A stretch of 64,000 nucleotides of DNA from Candidatus Eiseniibacteriota bacterium (GTDB taxonomy: Bacteria; Eisenbacteria; RBG-16-71-46; CAIMUX01; VGJL01), in assembly GCA_963792585.1 (NCBI GenBank), contig CAWBWI010000001.1:1440001-1504000 (forward strand). Direction: 5' to 3'. A program made the translations under genes and the position numbers. The notes below the pieces were generated by a model. The model saw only the letters and a program-made list of their open reading frames with translations. It was not told where the DNA came from and made no database searches. This document shows, piece by piece, positions 29,968 through 40,718 of the stretch (positions are counted from its first letter, which is position 1; each line of letters opens with the position of its first letter).

Positions 29968-31943
29968 AGCACCACCCAGAGGATGATCGCGAGCCCGATC
30001 ACGATCACGGCCGCGTAGAACTGGACATACCCGGTCTGGGCGAGACGCACGACGTAGGAGCCGAAGCGGCTCAAGATTCCGACCAGGTTGACGAGGAAGT
30101 CGATCACGCGCACGTCCACGGTCTTCCAGAGCAGGGCGCGCGAGCCGTTACGGAGCGGCAGGATCACCGCCGCGCGGTAGGCCTCGTCGACGTAGTACTT
30201 GTTCGCGATCATCCTGTAGAGACCGGGGGCGTTCGCGGCTGCGCGCTCCGGCAGCTCCGGACGCTTCTGGTAGAAGAGAAGACCCACCAAGATCCCAGCG
30301 ACGGCCACGGCGAGCGAGAGGAGCATGAGGCCCCACTCCAGCGCGGCGCTCGCGTGGTGGACTTCATGACCCCCCTCCGCGTGTCCTGCTCCGAGGACGG
30401 GCGCGAGCCAGCCGCCGAAGCGATTGCCCCCCTCGACGATGAAGTTGGGCACCCCAAGGAAGCCGATCAGGACCGATCCCGCCGCGAGGACGATCAGCGG
30501 CAGGGTCATCGAGCTCGGGGACTCGTGCACGTGATGGCTCACGTCGTGCGACATCCGTTCCTTGCCGAGGAAGACGAGGGCGACGAGGCGGGTCATGTAG
30601 AAGGCGGTGAAGGCGGCCGTCACCACCGCGAGCAGCCAGAGCGCTTTCGGCAGCCAGGGCAGGACATCGTTCGGCCGGCTGAACACTTGCCAGAGGATCT
30701 CGTCCTTCGAGAAGAAGCCGGCGAACGGGAAGATCCCCGCGATCGCGAGCCAGGCGATCACGAACGTCCAACCGGTCCGGGGGATCCGTTTCAACAGGCC
30801 GCCCATCTTCCGGATGTCCTGCTCCCCGGACAGGGCGTGGATCACGCTACCGGCGCCGAGGAAGAGACATGCCTTGAAGAAGGCGTGGGTGACCACGTGG
30901 AACATCCCCGCGTCGAAGGCGCCGACGCCGCAGGCGAGGAACATGTAGCCGAGCTGGCTCACGGTCGAGTAGGCCAGCACCTTCTTGATGTCGTTCTGCG
31001 CGAGTCCGATCGTCGCGGCGAATAGGGCGGTCAGCCCTCCCACGATCGCGACGACGGTCAACGCGACCGGGGCCTGGACGTAGAGGAACGAGAGCCGGCT
31101 CACCATATAGACGCCGGAGGTTACCATCGTCGCGGCATGGATCAGGGCTGAGACGGGCGTGGGACCGGCCATTGCGTCGGGCAGCCAGATGTAGAGCGGC
31201 AACTGCGCCGACTTCCCCGTCGCCCCCATGAAGAGGAGCAGGCAAGCCGCGGTGAGGAGTCCGGGCGAGAAGGCGTGCGCGGCGGCCGCCGTCCGCAACT
31301 CCCCATAGGTCATTCCGACGCGCCCGGCCGGCGCGAGAGCCCAGAACAGGAGGAAGATCCCGAGCAGGAAGCCGAAGTCGCCGATCCGGTTGACGATGAA
31401 GGCCTTGTTGCCCGCGATGGTTTTCTCCTCGTCGCTGAACCAGAAGCCGATCAAGAGGAACGAGCAGAGCCCGACGCCCTCCCAACCGACGAACATCGTG
31501 ATCGGGCTGTCCCCGAGGACGAGCAGGACCATCGCGAACGTGAAGAGGTTCAGGTAGGCGAAATAGCGCGCATAGCCCCGATCGTGCCCCATGTAGCCGA
31601 GCGAGTAGACGTGGATCAGGGTGCCGATCCCCGTCACGAAGAGGAGCATCGTGGCCGAGAGCGGATCGAAGAGGAAGCCCGCGTTGACGTCCAGATGGCC
31701 CGCCGCGATCCAGGCGAAGAGGGTCTGCGTCAGGTGCCGGGATTCGACCGGCAGGGAGCGCAATTGCGCGAACGCGTAGACGGCGACGACGAAGGACAGC
31801 GCGGGTGCGAGGCACCCGATCGCCGAGACGACTCCCTTGCCGACGGCATGCTCTTTCCGCGTCGTGGACAGGCTGATGGCGCCGTTCAGGATGCTCCCGA
31901 CCAGCGGGAAGAACGGAATCAGCCAGAGATACCCGACGTCCAA
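29964..31943 (-). CDS. nuoL: NADH-quinone oxidoreductase subunit L
   Basis: [45 protein letters not shown] start. Confidence 0.95.
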   Translation of the reverse strand: MDVGYLWLIPFFPLVGSILNGAISLSTTRKEHAVGKGVVSAIGCLAPALSFVVAVYAFAQLRSLPVESRHLTQTLFAWIAAGHLDVNAGFLFDPLSATMLLFVTGIGTLIHVYSLGYMGHDRGYARYFAYLNLFTFAMVLLVLGDSPITMFVGWEGVGLCSFLLIGFWFSDEEKTIAGNKAFIVNRIGDFGFLLGIFLLFWALAPAGRVGMTYGELRTAAAAHAFSPGLLTAACLLLFMGATGKSAQLPLYIWLPDAMAGPTPVSALIHAATMVTSGVYMVSRLSFLYVQAPVALTVVAIVGGLTALFAATIGLAQNDIKKVLAYSTVSQLGYMFLACGVGAFDAGMFHVVTHAFFKACLFLGAGSVIHALSGEQDIRKMGGLLKRIPRTGWTFVIAWLAIAGIFPFAGFFSKDEILWQVFSRPNDVLPWLPKALWLLAVVTAAFTAFYMTRLVALVFLGKERMSHDVSHHVHESPSSMTLPLIVLAAGSVLIGFLGVPNFIVEGGNRFGGWLAPVLGAGHAEGGHEVHHASAALEWGLMLLSLAVAVAGILVGLLFYQKRPELPERAAANAPGLYRMIANKYYVDEAYRAAVILPLRNGSRALLWKTVDVRVIDFLVNLVGILSRFGSYVVRLAQTGYVQFYAAVIVIGLAIILWVVL

Positions 31944-31954
31944 GTCTCCCCCTC

Positions 31955-32269
31955 CTACTCGTTCAGCGCGCTCAGGTCTTCCAGATCGACCGTCTCGCGA
32001 TTGCGGAAGACCTCGACCAGGATCGCCAGGCCGACCGCCGCCTCGACCGCCGCCACCGCGATGACGAAAAAGACGATCGCGTGGGCGTCCATCTTCGTCC
32101 ACGCGCGTGCGAATGCGGCGAAGGCGAGGTTGACGGCGTTCAACTGGAGCTCGATTGCCATGAAGACGATCAGCGCGTTCTTCCTCGACAGCACCCCCAG
32201 GGTCCCGATGAAGAAGAGGACCACCGCGAGTCCGACGTAGTGCATGGGCGTGATGGTGCCCATCGTCAT
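31955..32269 (-). CDS. nuoK: NADH-quinone oxidoreductase subunit K
   Basis: IELQLNAVNL, VAAVEAAVGLAI. Confidence 0.93.
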   Translation of the reverse strand: MTMGTITPMHYVGLAVVLFFIGTLGVLSRKNALIVFMAIELQLNAVNLAFAAFARAWTKMDAHAIVFFVIAVAAVEAAVGLAILVEVFRNRETVDLEDLSALNE

Positions 32270-32761
32270 TCCCCCCTCTTCGCCAGGGCGACGGCGCCCA
32301 AGATGCCCACCAGCAGGATCAACCCGACGATTTCGAACGGGAAGAGCATCCGCGTGAAGAGGATCTGCGAAACCGCCGCGGCGGTGCCGAACTCCGGCGG
32401 CGCCGGCGGATTCGAGCATCCGGATCCCGCCGATCGCTCGCAGCGTGAGGCCGCAGGCGACGGCACAGAGGACGGCCGAGAGCGCGAACTTCCGCGGAGC
32501 GAGCCGCATCTCCTCCAGATCCGCCGGCCCCAGGTTCAAGAGCATGATGACGAAGATGATCAACACGATCACGGCCCCCGCGTAGACGAGGATCTGGAGG
32601 ATGAAGAGCAGATGCGCGGAGAGCATCGCGAAGAGCCCGGCCACGGCGAAGAGCGTGACGGCAAGCGCGAGCGCGCTGGATATCGGGTTGCGGCGCGTGA
32701 TCGCCGTCAATGCCGAGGCGACGGCGACAGCCGCGAAGACCCAGAAGAGAACCGCTTCCAT
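32266..32761 (-). CDS. nuoJ: NADH-quinone oxidoreductase subunit J (one frameshift near 32400)
   Basis: QILVYAGAVIVLIIFVIMLL in one frame; FGT...PFEIVGLILLVGILGAV in another. Confidence 0.88.
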
Positions 32762-32777
32762 CCTTCTCCCGCCTCGA

Positions 32778-33383
32778 TCACCACGAGGCCGGCACCGGCG
32801 GCTTCTCGTGCGGCCGGTACGCCTCGGGCGTCTCTTCGGGCGTGTCCGGAGGGTTTTCCGGCTCGCCCTTGATCGTCTCACCCGCCGCGGCGGCGCGATC
32901 CACCTGCGGCACCCCTTTGCCCCTGAGCAGGAAGTCCATGTGGAAGACGAAGTCGTCCCTGCGATCGCTCACGATCGAGATCTCGCCGGTGTCCATCCGG
33001 ATCGCGTCCTCCGGACATGCCTCCACGCAGAATCCGCAGAAGACGCAGCGAAGCATGTCGATGTCGAAGACCGCGGGGCGCTTCTCGATCGTCGGCTCGG
33101 GCGACTCCTCCGCGACGATGTTGATGCAGCGCGCGGGGCACGCCGTCTGGCACATGAAGCAGGCCACGCACTTCGGAGAGCCGTCCTCGCGCAGGGTGAG
33201 CCGGTGCCGCCCTTTGATCCGGACGGGGAGCGACTTCAACTCCTCCGGCCACTGGATCGTGGGCATCTCTCCCTGGTGGAAGATGTTCGTGACCATGTGA
33301 CGGATCGTCACCCCCATCCCGCGCAGCACCTCGAAGATGTAGATCCTCTCGTGCCAACGCATGCGGGGCGCCGGGATCTTCAT
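32778..33383 (-). CDS. nuoI: NADH-quinone oxidoreductase subunit I
   Basis: CVACFMCQTACP and CVFCGFCVEACP. Confidence 0.94.
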   Translation of the reverse strand: MKIPAPRMRWHERIYIFEVLRGMGVTIRHMVTNIFHQGEMPTIQWPEELKSLPVRIKGRHRLTLREDGSPKCVACFMCQTACPARCINIVAEESPEPTIEKRPAVFDIDMLRCVFCGFCVEACPEDAIRMDTGEISIVSDRRDDFVFHMDFLLRGKGVPQVDRAAAAGETIKGEPENPPDTPEETPEAYRPHEKPPVPASW

Positions 33384-33385
33384 TT

Positions 33386-34663
33386 CTATCTCCCCAACCA
33401 GCGCAGCGCGATCGCGGTGGCCGCGATGTTCGCGAGCGCCAGAGGCAGCAGGCTCTTCCAGCCGAGACTCATCAGCTGGTCGTATCGGAAGCGGGGCAAT
33501 GTCCAGCGGACCCAAATGAAGCAGAAGGAGAAGAAGACGACCTTCCCCAGGAAAATGCCGAGTTGCGCGACGCGCGCGAAGATCGCCGCCGCGGTCGGAC
33601 CCATGGGCACGACGATCGCCGCGGCGCCGACCGCGATCGCCAGAACCGCGATGACGAAGAGGATCGCGGCCCAGAAGTCGCCCTCCCTCCGGCGGGAGTC
33701 GGTGTAGAGCCGCTTGAGCGATTTCGACCACCGCAGCGACACGAGCGCCAGCGCGGTCGTCAGAACGGCGACGGAGCCGCAGGTGACCAGAAGAACGGGG
33801 CGCGCGTGTTGTTCGAGCGCCGGGGTCGGAAGCCACGGGATCTGCCAGCCGCCGAAGAATAGGGTCGTCAGAACGCCGGAAGCCACGACGACGTTCACGT
33901 ACTCCGCCATGAAGAAGAGGGCGAACTTGAGGCTCGAGTACTCGACGTGGTATCCGACGATCTCGCTCTCCCCTTCGGGCAGGTCGAACGGCGTGCGGTT
34001 GACCTCCGCGACGGCCGCGATCATGAAGACCACCGCGGCGACCGGCTGCACGACAATCCCCCACTTCGGGAGGAATCCGAACAGGAGCGTGCCCTGCTGC
34101 TGCACGATCGTGTTCAGATCGAGTGTGCCGAAGATCATCAGGATGCCGATGACCGACATCCCCAGCGCCAGTTCGTAGCTGACGATCTGCGCGGTGGAGC
34201 GCATCCCGCCGAGCATCGCATAGCGGTTGTTCGAGCCCCATCCCGCGAAGATGACGGCGAGCACGCCGAGCGAGGAGATGGCGAAGATCCAGAGGAGGCC
34301 GGCATCGATCTTGACCGCCTGCCAGTGGAGGGTGGTCGATCCGACCCTGAGGTCGTCCGCCACCGGAATCACCGCGAATGTCGTCAGGGCGACCATCATC
34401 GCCATGACCGGGGCCAGGTTGAAGTAGAAACGGTTGGCCTGGGTCGGGGTCGTGTCCTCCTTGAAGACGAGCTTCACGACGTCGGCGAGCGTGTGGACCA
34501 CCCCGCCCAAACGGATCCCACCGATCGCCGCGCGATTCGGCCCAGTCCGGTCCTGCATGAAGGCGGATACCTTGCGCTCGAACCAAACGAGAACCGGGAT
34601 CATCGTGAGCTGGAAGAGCCAGACGAGGACCGCGGTCCCTGCGTTCGCGATGAAGCCGCCCAT
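33386..34663 (-). CDS. nuoH: NADH-quinone oxidoreductase subunit H
   Basis: ERKVSAFMQDRTGPNR, EVNRTPFDLPEGESE, RWTLPRFRYDQLM. Confidence 0.95.
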   Translation of the reverse strand: MGGFIANAGTAVLVWLFQLTMIPVLVWFERKVSAFMQDRTGPNRAAIGGIRLGGVVHTLADVVKLVFKEDTTPTQANRFYFNLAPVMAMMVALTTFAVIPVADDLRVGSTTLHWQAVKIDAGLLWIFAISSLGVLAVIFAGWGSNNRYAMLGGMRSTAQIVSYELALGMSVIGILMIFGTLDLNTIVQQQGTLLFGFLPKWGIVVQPVAAVVFMIAAVAEVNRTPFDLPEGESEIVGYHVEYSSLKFALFFMAEYVNVVVASGVLTTLFFGGWQIPWLPTPALEQHARPVLLVTCGSVAVLTTALALVSLRWSKSLKRLYTDSRRREGDFWAAILFVIAVLAIAVGAAAIVVPMGPTAAAIFARVAQLGIFLGKVVFFSFCFIWVRWTLPRFRYDQLMSLGWKSLLPLALANIAATAIALRWLGR

Positions 34664-34665
34664 GC

Positions 34666-36240
34666 CTATCCCTTCGTGCCGGCCGTGCCGGCCGTCCCGG
34701 CCGACCCCGCGGAGCGCGCCCCCACCCCCTGGTCGCCGAGCGTCTGGGGACTCATCCCCGCGAACTCCGGGATCTCGGCGGCCATCTCCTTCCAGATCTG
34801 GTTCAGATTCACCCAGCCGAATTCCTTGCCGAGCCCCGCCGCGATCCTCTTGCACAACTCCATGACGGCGAGGGCGTCGCCGTGCGGGCTCATCGCCTTG
34901 CGGAAGCGCTGGACCCTCCCCTCGAAGTTCGTGAAGGTCCCGTCGGTCTCGGAGTGCGGCGCGACCGGGAGGACGATCTTCGCCGCCGCGGTCGTGGCCC
35001 CCACGTTGGTGGCGAGGACGATCACGGTCCGGAACTTGTCCAGGAGGCCCGCGACGGTCTGGTCGCACTCCACCAAGTCGTTCTGGACCACGATGGCAAG
35101 ATCCCCGCCCTTCGCGAGTTCCGCCCGCGGGTCGGCCGTCCAGAGCCCCAGGATCTCGCACCCTCTGCGGTTCGGGTGCGCCTCGGGGCGGCGCAGGATC
35201 GCGTCCTCGACCGCGGGCGGCTCCAGGCTCCCGGCGACGACGCGCCTTGCGCCGAGTACGTCGGCAGCGAAGCGCTTCATGGCATAGAGCGACTCGTTCG
35301 ACATCTCGGGAGACAGGACGACCGCGATCGCCGACGGATCGGCGCAGGCGGCGAGAGCGGCCACGGTCGCACCGAGGGCCTCCGAGTGGGTCGTCTCCCG
35401 GCCGTCGAGCAGGGGCGCTTCACAGCGATCGTCGTTGAGCTTCTTGTACGAGACCCTGCCGTCGTCGCACATCCACCACTTGTTCACGTCCGGGTTTTCG
35501 CGGGGACGGTAGCGATGGACCGCTCCCTCGTTGTGCTCCAGGTAGATGTTGCAGCCCCGGCTGCAGCCGGTGCAGATGGAGTTGGCCGTCGAGAGGAACC
35601 AGACACGGCACTTGAAGCGGAAGTCGACGCTGGTCAGCGCTCCCACCGGGCAGATATCCACGGTGTTGATGCTGTAGGGGTTGTCGAGGGGGCGGTCCGG
35701 GTGGACGGCGATCTCGCTGTGGTTGCCCCGGTTGACGATCCTCAGTTCCCCGGTCTTCGGCACCTGGTCACAGAACCGCACGCAGCGCGCGCAGAGGACG
35801 CATCGCTCCGCGTCGAGCACGACGCGCGGACCGATCTCGGCGACCTTCCGCTTGTGGACCTTCGGCAGATCGAGCCGACTCTCGTACTGACCGTGGCGCT
35901 GGTAGAAGTCCTGCAACAGACATTCGCCGGACTGGTCGCAGATCGGGCAATCGAGCGGGTGGTTCAGGAAGAAGAATTCGAGCACGGCCCGCCGCAACTC
36001 GTGCACGCGGTCGGTGTTCGTCTTGATCTTCAGCCCGTCCTTGGCGAAGGTGTTGCAGGCGATCTGCGGTTTCGGCACGCCGTCGATCTCGATGAGACAG
36101 AGACGGCAATTGCCGTCGACCCCGAGACCCGGGTGGTAGCAGAAGTGCGGGATCTCGATCCCGGCAAGCTTCGCCGCCTGGATCATGTTGAACCCGTCGG
36201 GAACCTCGATCTCGTGATCGTCGATGAAGACCTTCGCCAT
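34666..36240 (-). CDS. nuoG: NADH-quinone oxidoreductase subunit G (short form, 524 aa)
   Basis: IPHFCYHP, GNCRLC, NHPLDCPICDQSGEC, CVLCARCVRFC, DICPVGAL. Confidence 0.92.
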   Translation of the reverse strand: MAKVFIDDHEIEVPDGFNMIQAAKLAGIEIPHFCYHPGLGVDGNCRLCLIEIDGVPKPQIACNTFAKDGLKIKTNTDRVHELRRAVLEFFFLNHPLDCPICDQSGECLLQDFYQRHGQYESRLDLPKVHKRKVAEIGPRVVLDAERCVLCARCVRFCDQVPKTGELRIVNRGNHSEIAVHPDRPLDNPYSINTVDICPVGALTSVDFRFKCRVWFLSTANSICTGCSRGCNIYLEHNEGAVHRYRPRENPDVNKWWMCDDGRVSYKKLNDDRCEAPLLDGRETTHSEALGATVAALAACADPSAIAVVLSPEMSNESLYAMKRFAADVLGARRVVAGSLEPPAVEDAILRRPEAHPNRRGCEILGLWTADPRAELAKGGDLAIVVQNDLVECDQTVAGLLDKFRTVIVLATNVGATTAAAKIVLPVAPHSETDGTFTNFEGRVQRFRKAMSPHGDALAVMELCKRIAAGLGKEFGWVNLNQIWKEMAAEIPEFAGMSPQTLGDQGVGARSAGSAGTAGTAGTKG

Positions 36241-36245
36241 CGCCT

Positions 36246-37535
36246 CTATCCCCGCGCCGCATGCGCGTGCCGGATCGGGCAGCGCCCCGCGCCCACGTGC
36301 ATCTCGAACTCGTGGCGGAACTTCGTGACAAAGCTCGCCGCCGGCATCGCGGCCGCGTCGGAGAGCACGCAAATCGTCGTGCCGATCATGTTGCGGGTGA
36401 TCGAGAGGATCTTGTCCATGTCGCCCTGCGAACCGCCCCCGCGCTCGAGACGCGTGACGAGTTCGCGCAGCCATCCCGTACCCTCCCGGCAGGGCGTGCA
36501 CTGGCCGCACGACTCGTGGGCATAGAACTTCTCGAGGACCGCGAGCGCCCAGACCATGCAGGTGTCCTCGTCGATCACGATCATGCCGCCGCTTCCCAGC
36601 ATCGTTCCGGCCGCGGCCAGCGCCTCGTAGTCGAGATTGACAGCTTCGGCCTCCTCGCCGGTCAGGACAGGCACGGAGGAGCCGCCCACGATGTTCGCCT
36701 TCATCTTCTTGCCGTCCCGGATGCCGCCGCAGAGTTCGTAGACCAACGTCTTGAGGGGCAGGCCGAGCGGGATCTCGTAGACCCCCGGCCGTACGACCGG
36801 ACCGGAGACGCTGAATAGCTTCGTCCCGGGGCTCTTCTCGGTGCCGTACTTCCTGTAGGCGTCGGCCCCGTTCGTGATGATCCAGGGGACCGCGCAGAGC
36901 GTCTCGACATTGTTGACCACGGTCGGCCCGCCGAAGACGCCGACGACGGCCGGGAAGGGCGGCTTGATCCGCGGTTGTCCCTTCTTGCCCTCGAGCGACT
37001 CGATGAGGCCGGTTTCCTCGCCGCAGATGTAGGCCCCCGCGCCACGGTGGACCGTCACGTCCAGGTCGAACCCGCCGCCCAGGATGCCCTTGCCGAGATA
37101 GCCCTTCGCATACGCCTCCGCGACGGCGGTCTCGACGCGGTGATACGGTAGCCCGAACTCGCCGCGCACGTAGATGTATGCGTCGTGGATTCCGACCGCG
37201 CGGGAGGCGATCACGATCCCCTCGATCAGCGCGTGCGGATCCTTCTCTAGCAGGTATCGGTCCTTGAACGTCCCCGGCTCGCTCTCGTCGGCGTTGACGC
37301 ACAGGTACTTGGGGAGCTTCGCTTCCTTCGGGACGAAACTCCACTTCAACCCCGTGGGGAATCCCGCGCCGCCGCGGCCCCGCAGGCCCGACTTCTTCAC
37401 CTCCTCGGTGATCGCCTCGGGCTCCATGGCGAAGGCCTTGCGCAGCGCCGCATAGCCTCCCGCCTTCTCGTACGCGGCGAGACTCCACGACTCGGCGTTG
37501 CCGAAGCGGGCCGTGAGCAGCTTCACCTCGCTCAT
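36246..37535 (-). CDS. nuoF: NADH-quinone oxidoreductase subunit F
   Basis: GRGGAGFPTG, NADESEPGTFKDR, GAGAYICGEETGL, ESCGQCTPCREG. Confidence 0.96.
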   Translation of the reverse strand: MSEVKLLTARFGNAESWSLAAYEKAGGYAALRKAFAMEPEAITEEVKKSGLRGRGGAGFPTGLKWSFVPKEAKLPKYLCVNADESEPGTFKDRYLLEKDPHALIEGIVIASRAVGIHDAYIYVRGEFGLPYHRVETAVAEAYAKGYLGKGILGGGFDLDVTVHRGAGAYICGEETGLIESLEGKKGQPRIKPPFPAVVGVFGGPTVVNNVETLCAVPWIITNGADAYRKYGTEKSPGTKLFSVSGPVVRPGVYEIPLGLPLKTLVYELCGGIRDGKKMKANIVGGSSVPVLTGEEAEAVNLDYEALAAAGTMLGSGGMIVIDEDTCMVWALAVLEKFYAHESCGQCTPCREGTGWLRELVTRLERGGGSQGDMDKILSITRNMIGTTICVLSDAAAMPAASFVTKFRHEFEMHVGAGRCPIRHAHAARG

Positions 37536-38095
37536 CGCTTCCCCTCGCTCCGGAGCCGCCCCAGCAAGTCATCGAGCCCCTTCTCATCAAGGGGTCCAAT
37601 GAAGTCTTCGTTGACCTGCACCATCGGGGCCATCTCGCAGGCCGCGAGGCACTCGACCTCGCTCAGCGTGAAGAGCCCATCGGGTGTGCTCTCGCCCAGT
37701 TCGATCCCGAGTCGCGTGCGGAGGCACTCGAGCAGATGCTCCGCCCCCATCAATTGGCAGGAAAGGTTCGTGCAGAGTTGCAGGTTGTACCTGCCCACCG
37801 GCGCTCGGTTGAACATCGTGTAGAAGCTCACGACCGAGTAGACATGGGAGAGGGGAACCTCGCAACGCGACGCGACGACCTCGACCGCCTCTTCCGGAAT
37901 CCAGCCGTACTTGCCCTGGATCATCCAGAGGAGCGGAAGGCAGGCGGCCATCCTGGTCGGATAGCGCGTGAAGAGCCACTCGATCCGCTTCTCCTCCTCA
38001 CCGGAGAAGACGACGGGAGCGCCTTGCTTGCGCATCGGACAGGGATCCCGCAACAGCGGATTGTGGGCGGGATCGGGTTTTTCGAACGGCTGCAT
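37532..38095 (-). CDS. nuoE: NADH-quinone oxidoreductase subunit E
   Basis: SFYTMF, CTNLSC, ECLAAC. Confidence 0.93.
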   Translation of the reverse strand: MQPFEKPDPAHNPLLRDPCPMRKQGAPVVFSGEEEKRIEWLFTRYPTRMAACLPLLWMIQGKYGWIPEEAVEVVASRCEVPLSHVYSVVSFYTMFNRAPVGRYNLQLCTNLSCQLMGAEHLLECLRTRLGIELGESTPDGLFTLSEVECLAACEMAPMVQVNEDFIGPLDEKGLDDLLGRLRSEGKR

Positions 38096-38105
38096 CCGTG
38101 CTCTC

Positions 38106-39830
38106 CTAGCGGTCCAGCTCGCCGGCGATGATGTTCAGGCTTCCAAGGATCGCGATCGCGTCGGCGATCATCCCTCCCTCGCACAGCCGAGGAAATGCGC
38201 TGTAGATGTGGAAGCAGGGGGCCCGGCAGCGACACTTGTACGGCTTCATCTCCTTGTCGCTAACGATGTAGAAGCCCAGCTCGCCGTTGGCCGCCTCGGT
38301 CCCCACGTAGGCGTCCCCCGCGGGAACATTGACGCCGTGCATGATGATCTTGAAGTGATTGACCAGCCCCTCGATCGAGCCGTACGTGTGCGGCTTGTCG
38401 GGGATGATCACCGCAGGGTGCTTCACGTTGACCGGCCCCTCCGGCATCCGCTCGAGGGCCTGTTCGATGATCCGGCAGCTCTGGTTGATCTCCTCGAAGC
38501 GGACCATGATCCGATCGTAGGTGTCGCCCTGGTGCCCGCTCGGGATCTCGAAGTCGAACGTGTCGTAGAAATCGTATGGATACTCCTTGCGGAGGTCGTA
38601 CTCGTAGCCGGTCGCCCGCAGAACGGGCCCGGTGAAGCCGTAGCTCAGCGCCTCCTCCGTGGAGATCACTCCCACGCCGACGGTGCGATCCAGGAAGATC
38701 CGGTTACGGGCAACGAGCTTCAATGTGTCGCTGACCGCCTTGGGCACTTCTTTCAGGACCGACCGCACCGCGTCGGCGAAGTCGGGGGTCGCGTCTGCCC
38801 AGAGGCCCCCGACGCGCGTGTAGGAGGTGGTCAGCCGCGCGCCCGTGAGGCTTTCGATCACGTTGTAGATCTTCTCGCGCAGGTTGAAGAGGTACCAGAA
38901 GTTCGTCAGCGCGCCGAGGTCGAGCAGGTTCGCGCCGTTGCAGACAAGGTGGTCCATGATCCGCGACAGCTCGGTGATGATCACGCGGATGAATTTGCAG
39001 CGGTCCGTCACCTCGATCCCGCAGAGCGCCTCGACGGCCCGGACGTAGGCGACGTTGTTGATCAGGCACGAGCAGTAGTTCAGTCGGTCCGTGTACGGGA
39101 TCACCTGATTGTACTCGTGGGTCTCGGCCGACTTCTCGAAACCGCGGTGCAGGTAGCCGATTTCGGGGACGCAGTAGAGGATGGTCTCCCCCTCGAGTTC
39201 GACCAGGTTGCGCAGCGTCCCGTGCGTGGCCGGATGACTCGGCCCCATGTTCAGAACCATCGACTCGCGCTCGCCCGCGCCCGGCTTCGGGTCGAGGCGA
39301 TGGCGGATCTCCAGCTCGTCGATCAGGTCGTCCGCCTCCGAGAGCCATTGCCCCTTGTAGATGTCGTAGTCCTTGCGCAGGGGGTGACCGACGAACTCCA
39401 TGTGATTCAGGATCCGCTTGAGGTTCGGGTGTCCCGTGAAGCGCACTCCGTACTGATCCCATGCCTCCCGCTCGAGCCAGTTCGCATTGGCGAAGAGGCC
39501 GGTCGCCGTGTCGATCCGGCAATCCTCCTCGGGCACCGCGCATTTGATGGTCAATCGATCCCGGCGCTGCAGCGCGTGGAGCAGGTAGACGACATCGAAG
39601 CGGTCGCCGTCGCGCAGTCCCATGGCGTCGACGACCGTCAGGTCGGTCAGCATCGAGAACCGATAGGAGGACTCATCACGCAGGAAGCGCAACGCGTCGA
39701 CGATCGCACCGCGATCGAGACGGTAAGTGACGGGGATCCCCACCACCGACTCGCGTCCCAGGATCGCCGCACCGAACCGCTCTTCGAATGCGGAGTAGTC
39801 GGTCCGGCCCTGCGCCGTGCGTACCGCCAT
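38106..39830 (-). CDS. nuoCD: NADH-quinone oxidoreductase fused subunit C/D
   Basis: NuoC motifs EREAWD and GHPLRKDY fused to NuoD motifs NMGPSHPATHG, GYLHRG, GELDR. Confidence 0.94.
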   Translation of the reverse strand: MAVRTAQGRTDYSAFEERFGAAILGRESVVGIPVTYRLDRGAIVDALRFLRDESSYRFSMLTDLTVVDAMGLRDGDRFDVVYLLHALQRRDRLTIKCAVPEEDCRIDTATGLFANANWLEREAWDQYGVRFTGHPNLKRILNHMEFVGHPLRKDYDIYKGQWLSEADDLIDELEIRHRLDPKPGAGERESMVLNMGPSHPATHGTLRNLVELEGETILYCVPEIGYLHRGFEKSAETHEYNQVIPYTDRLNYCSCLINNVAYVRAVEALCGIEVTDRCKFIRVIITELSRIMDHLVCNGANLLDLGALTNFWYLFNLREKIYNVIESLTGARLTTSYTRVGGLWADATPDFADAVRSVLKEVPKAVSDTLKLVARNRIFLDRTVGVGVISTEEALSYGFTGPVLRATGYEYDLRKEYPYDFYDTFDFEIPSGHQGDTYDRIMVRFEEINQSCRIIEQALERMPEGPVNVKHPAVIIPDKPHTYGSIEGLVNHFKIIMHGVNVPAGDAYVGTEAANGELGFYIVSDKEMKPYKCRCRAPCFHIYSAFPRLCEGGMIADAIAILGSLNIIAGELDR

Positions 39831-39840
39831 CGCTCCTCCT

Positions 39841-40374
39841 CTAGCTCGACGCCGGGTTGGCCGCGATCCGCTTCTGCAGCTCGATCAGAGCCTGGAACAC
39901 CGCTTCGGGTCGAGGGGGGCATCCGGCGATGTAGTAATCGACCGGCACCACCTTGTCGATGCCCTGCAGCGTGCAGTAGTTGTCGTAGAAACCACCCGAG
40001 CTCGCGCAGACACCCATCGCGACGACCCACTTCGGCTCGCACATCTGGTCGTAGATCCGGCGGAGGATGGGCGCCTGCTTGTAGGTGACCGTCCCGGCGA
40101 CCAGGAGCAGGTCCGCCTGGCGCGGGGAGAAGCGGAGCAGCTCCGAGCCGAAGCGAGAGATGTCGAACACCGAGGAGACCGTGCCCATGAACTCGATCGC
40201 GCAGCAGGCGGTGCCGAACGGCATCGGCCATAGGGAGTTCTTCCGACCCCAGTTGATCACCGCGTCGAGACGGGTCACCACGACCGCTTCACCGAGATCC
40301 GCATGTCGGGATGCGCCGGCTGGCAGCGGGTGCGCATCCGGCTTCGTCTTCGCGGCCGGGTCGGTCAGTCCCAT
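39841..40374 (-). CDS. nuoB: NADH-quinone oxidoreductase subunit B
   Basis: FGTACCAIE, SPRQAD, MGVCASSGG, GCPPRPE. Confidence 0.95.
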   Translation of the reverse strand: MGLTDPAAKTKPDAHPLPAGASRHADLGEAVVVTRLDAVINWGRKNSLWPMPFGTACCAIEFMGTVSSVFDISRFGSELLRFSPRQADLLLVAGTVTYKQAPILRRIYDQMCEPKWVVAMGVCASSGGFYDNYCTLQGIDKVVPVDYYIAGCPPRPEAVFQALIELQKRIAANPASS

Positions 40375-40718
40375 TCCATCGCTCCCTTTCGCCATTCATA
40401 GGCGAGGCCCAGAACCAGGATCGCGAAGAAGATCGCCATGCCCACGTCGGCGGCAACGGGCAGATGGCGCCGCGAGACCGCCCATGGGAATAGGAAGACC
40501 GCCTCGACATCGAACAGCAGAAAGAGCATCGCAACCAGGTAGAACTTGACCGGCATCCGGTCGCGGGCGAGCCGCTTCGGCAGGATCCCGGTCTCGTAGG
40601 TCGTCGTCTTCTCTGCGGTCGGCTTCTTCGGGCCCAGACGGACTGTGAGGAAGAGAAACACCACCGGGATCAGTAGTGCCAGCGCCAGCGCGACGACGAT
40701 CGGCGCGTAGGAACTCAT
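40365..40718 (-). CDS. nuoA: NADH-quinone oxidoreductase subunit A
   Basis: YETG, FLLFDVEAVFLFPWA, YEWRKGAMEW. Confidence 0.94.
   Translation of the reverse strand: MSSYAPIVVALALALLIPVVFLFLTVRLGPKKPTAEKTTTYETGILPKRLARDRMPVKFYLVAMLFLLFDVEAVFLFPWAVSRRHLPVAADVGMAIFFAILVLGLAYEWRKGAMEWD

Noticed and set aside
34666..37599. 977-aa ORF suggesting a giant NuoG
   Set aside because: The N-terminal ~450 aa are an Arg/Gly-rich off-frame shadow of nuoF; NuoG starts at 36240.
37968..40088. Long antisense ORFs (also 21912..23567, 34882..36525, 61951..63567)
   Set aside because: Expected stop-poor shadow frames of high-GC genes; no motifs or RBS.
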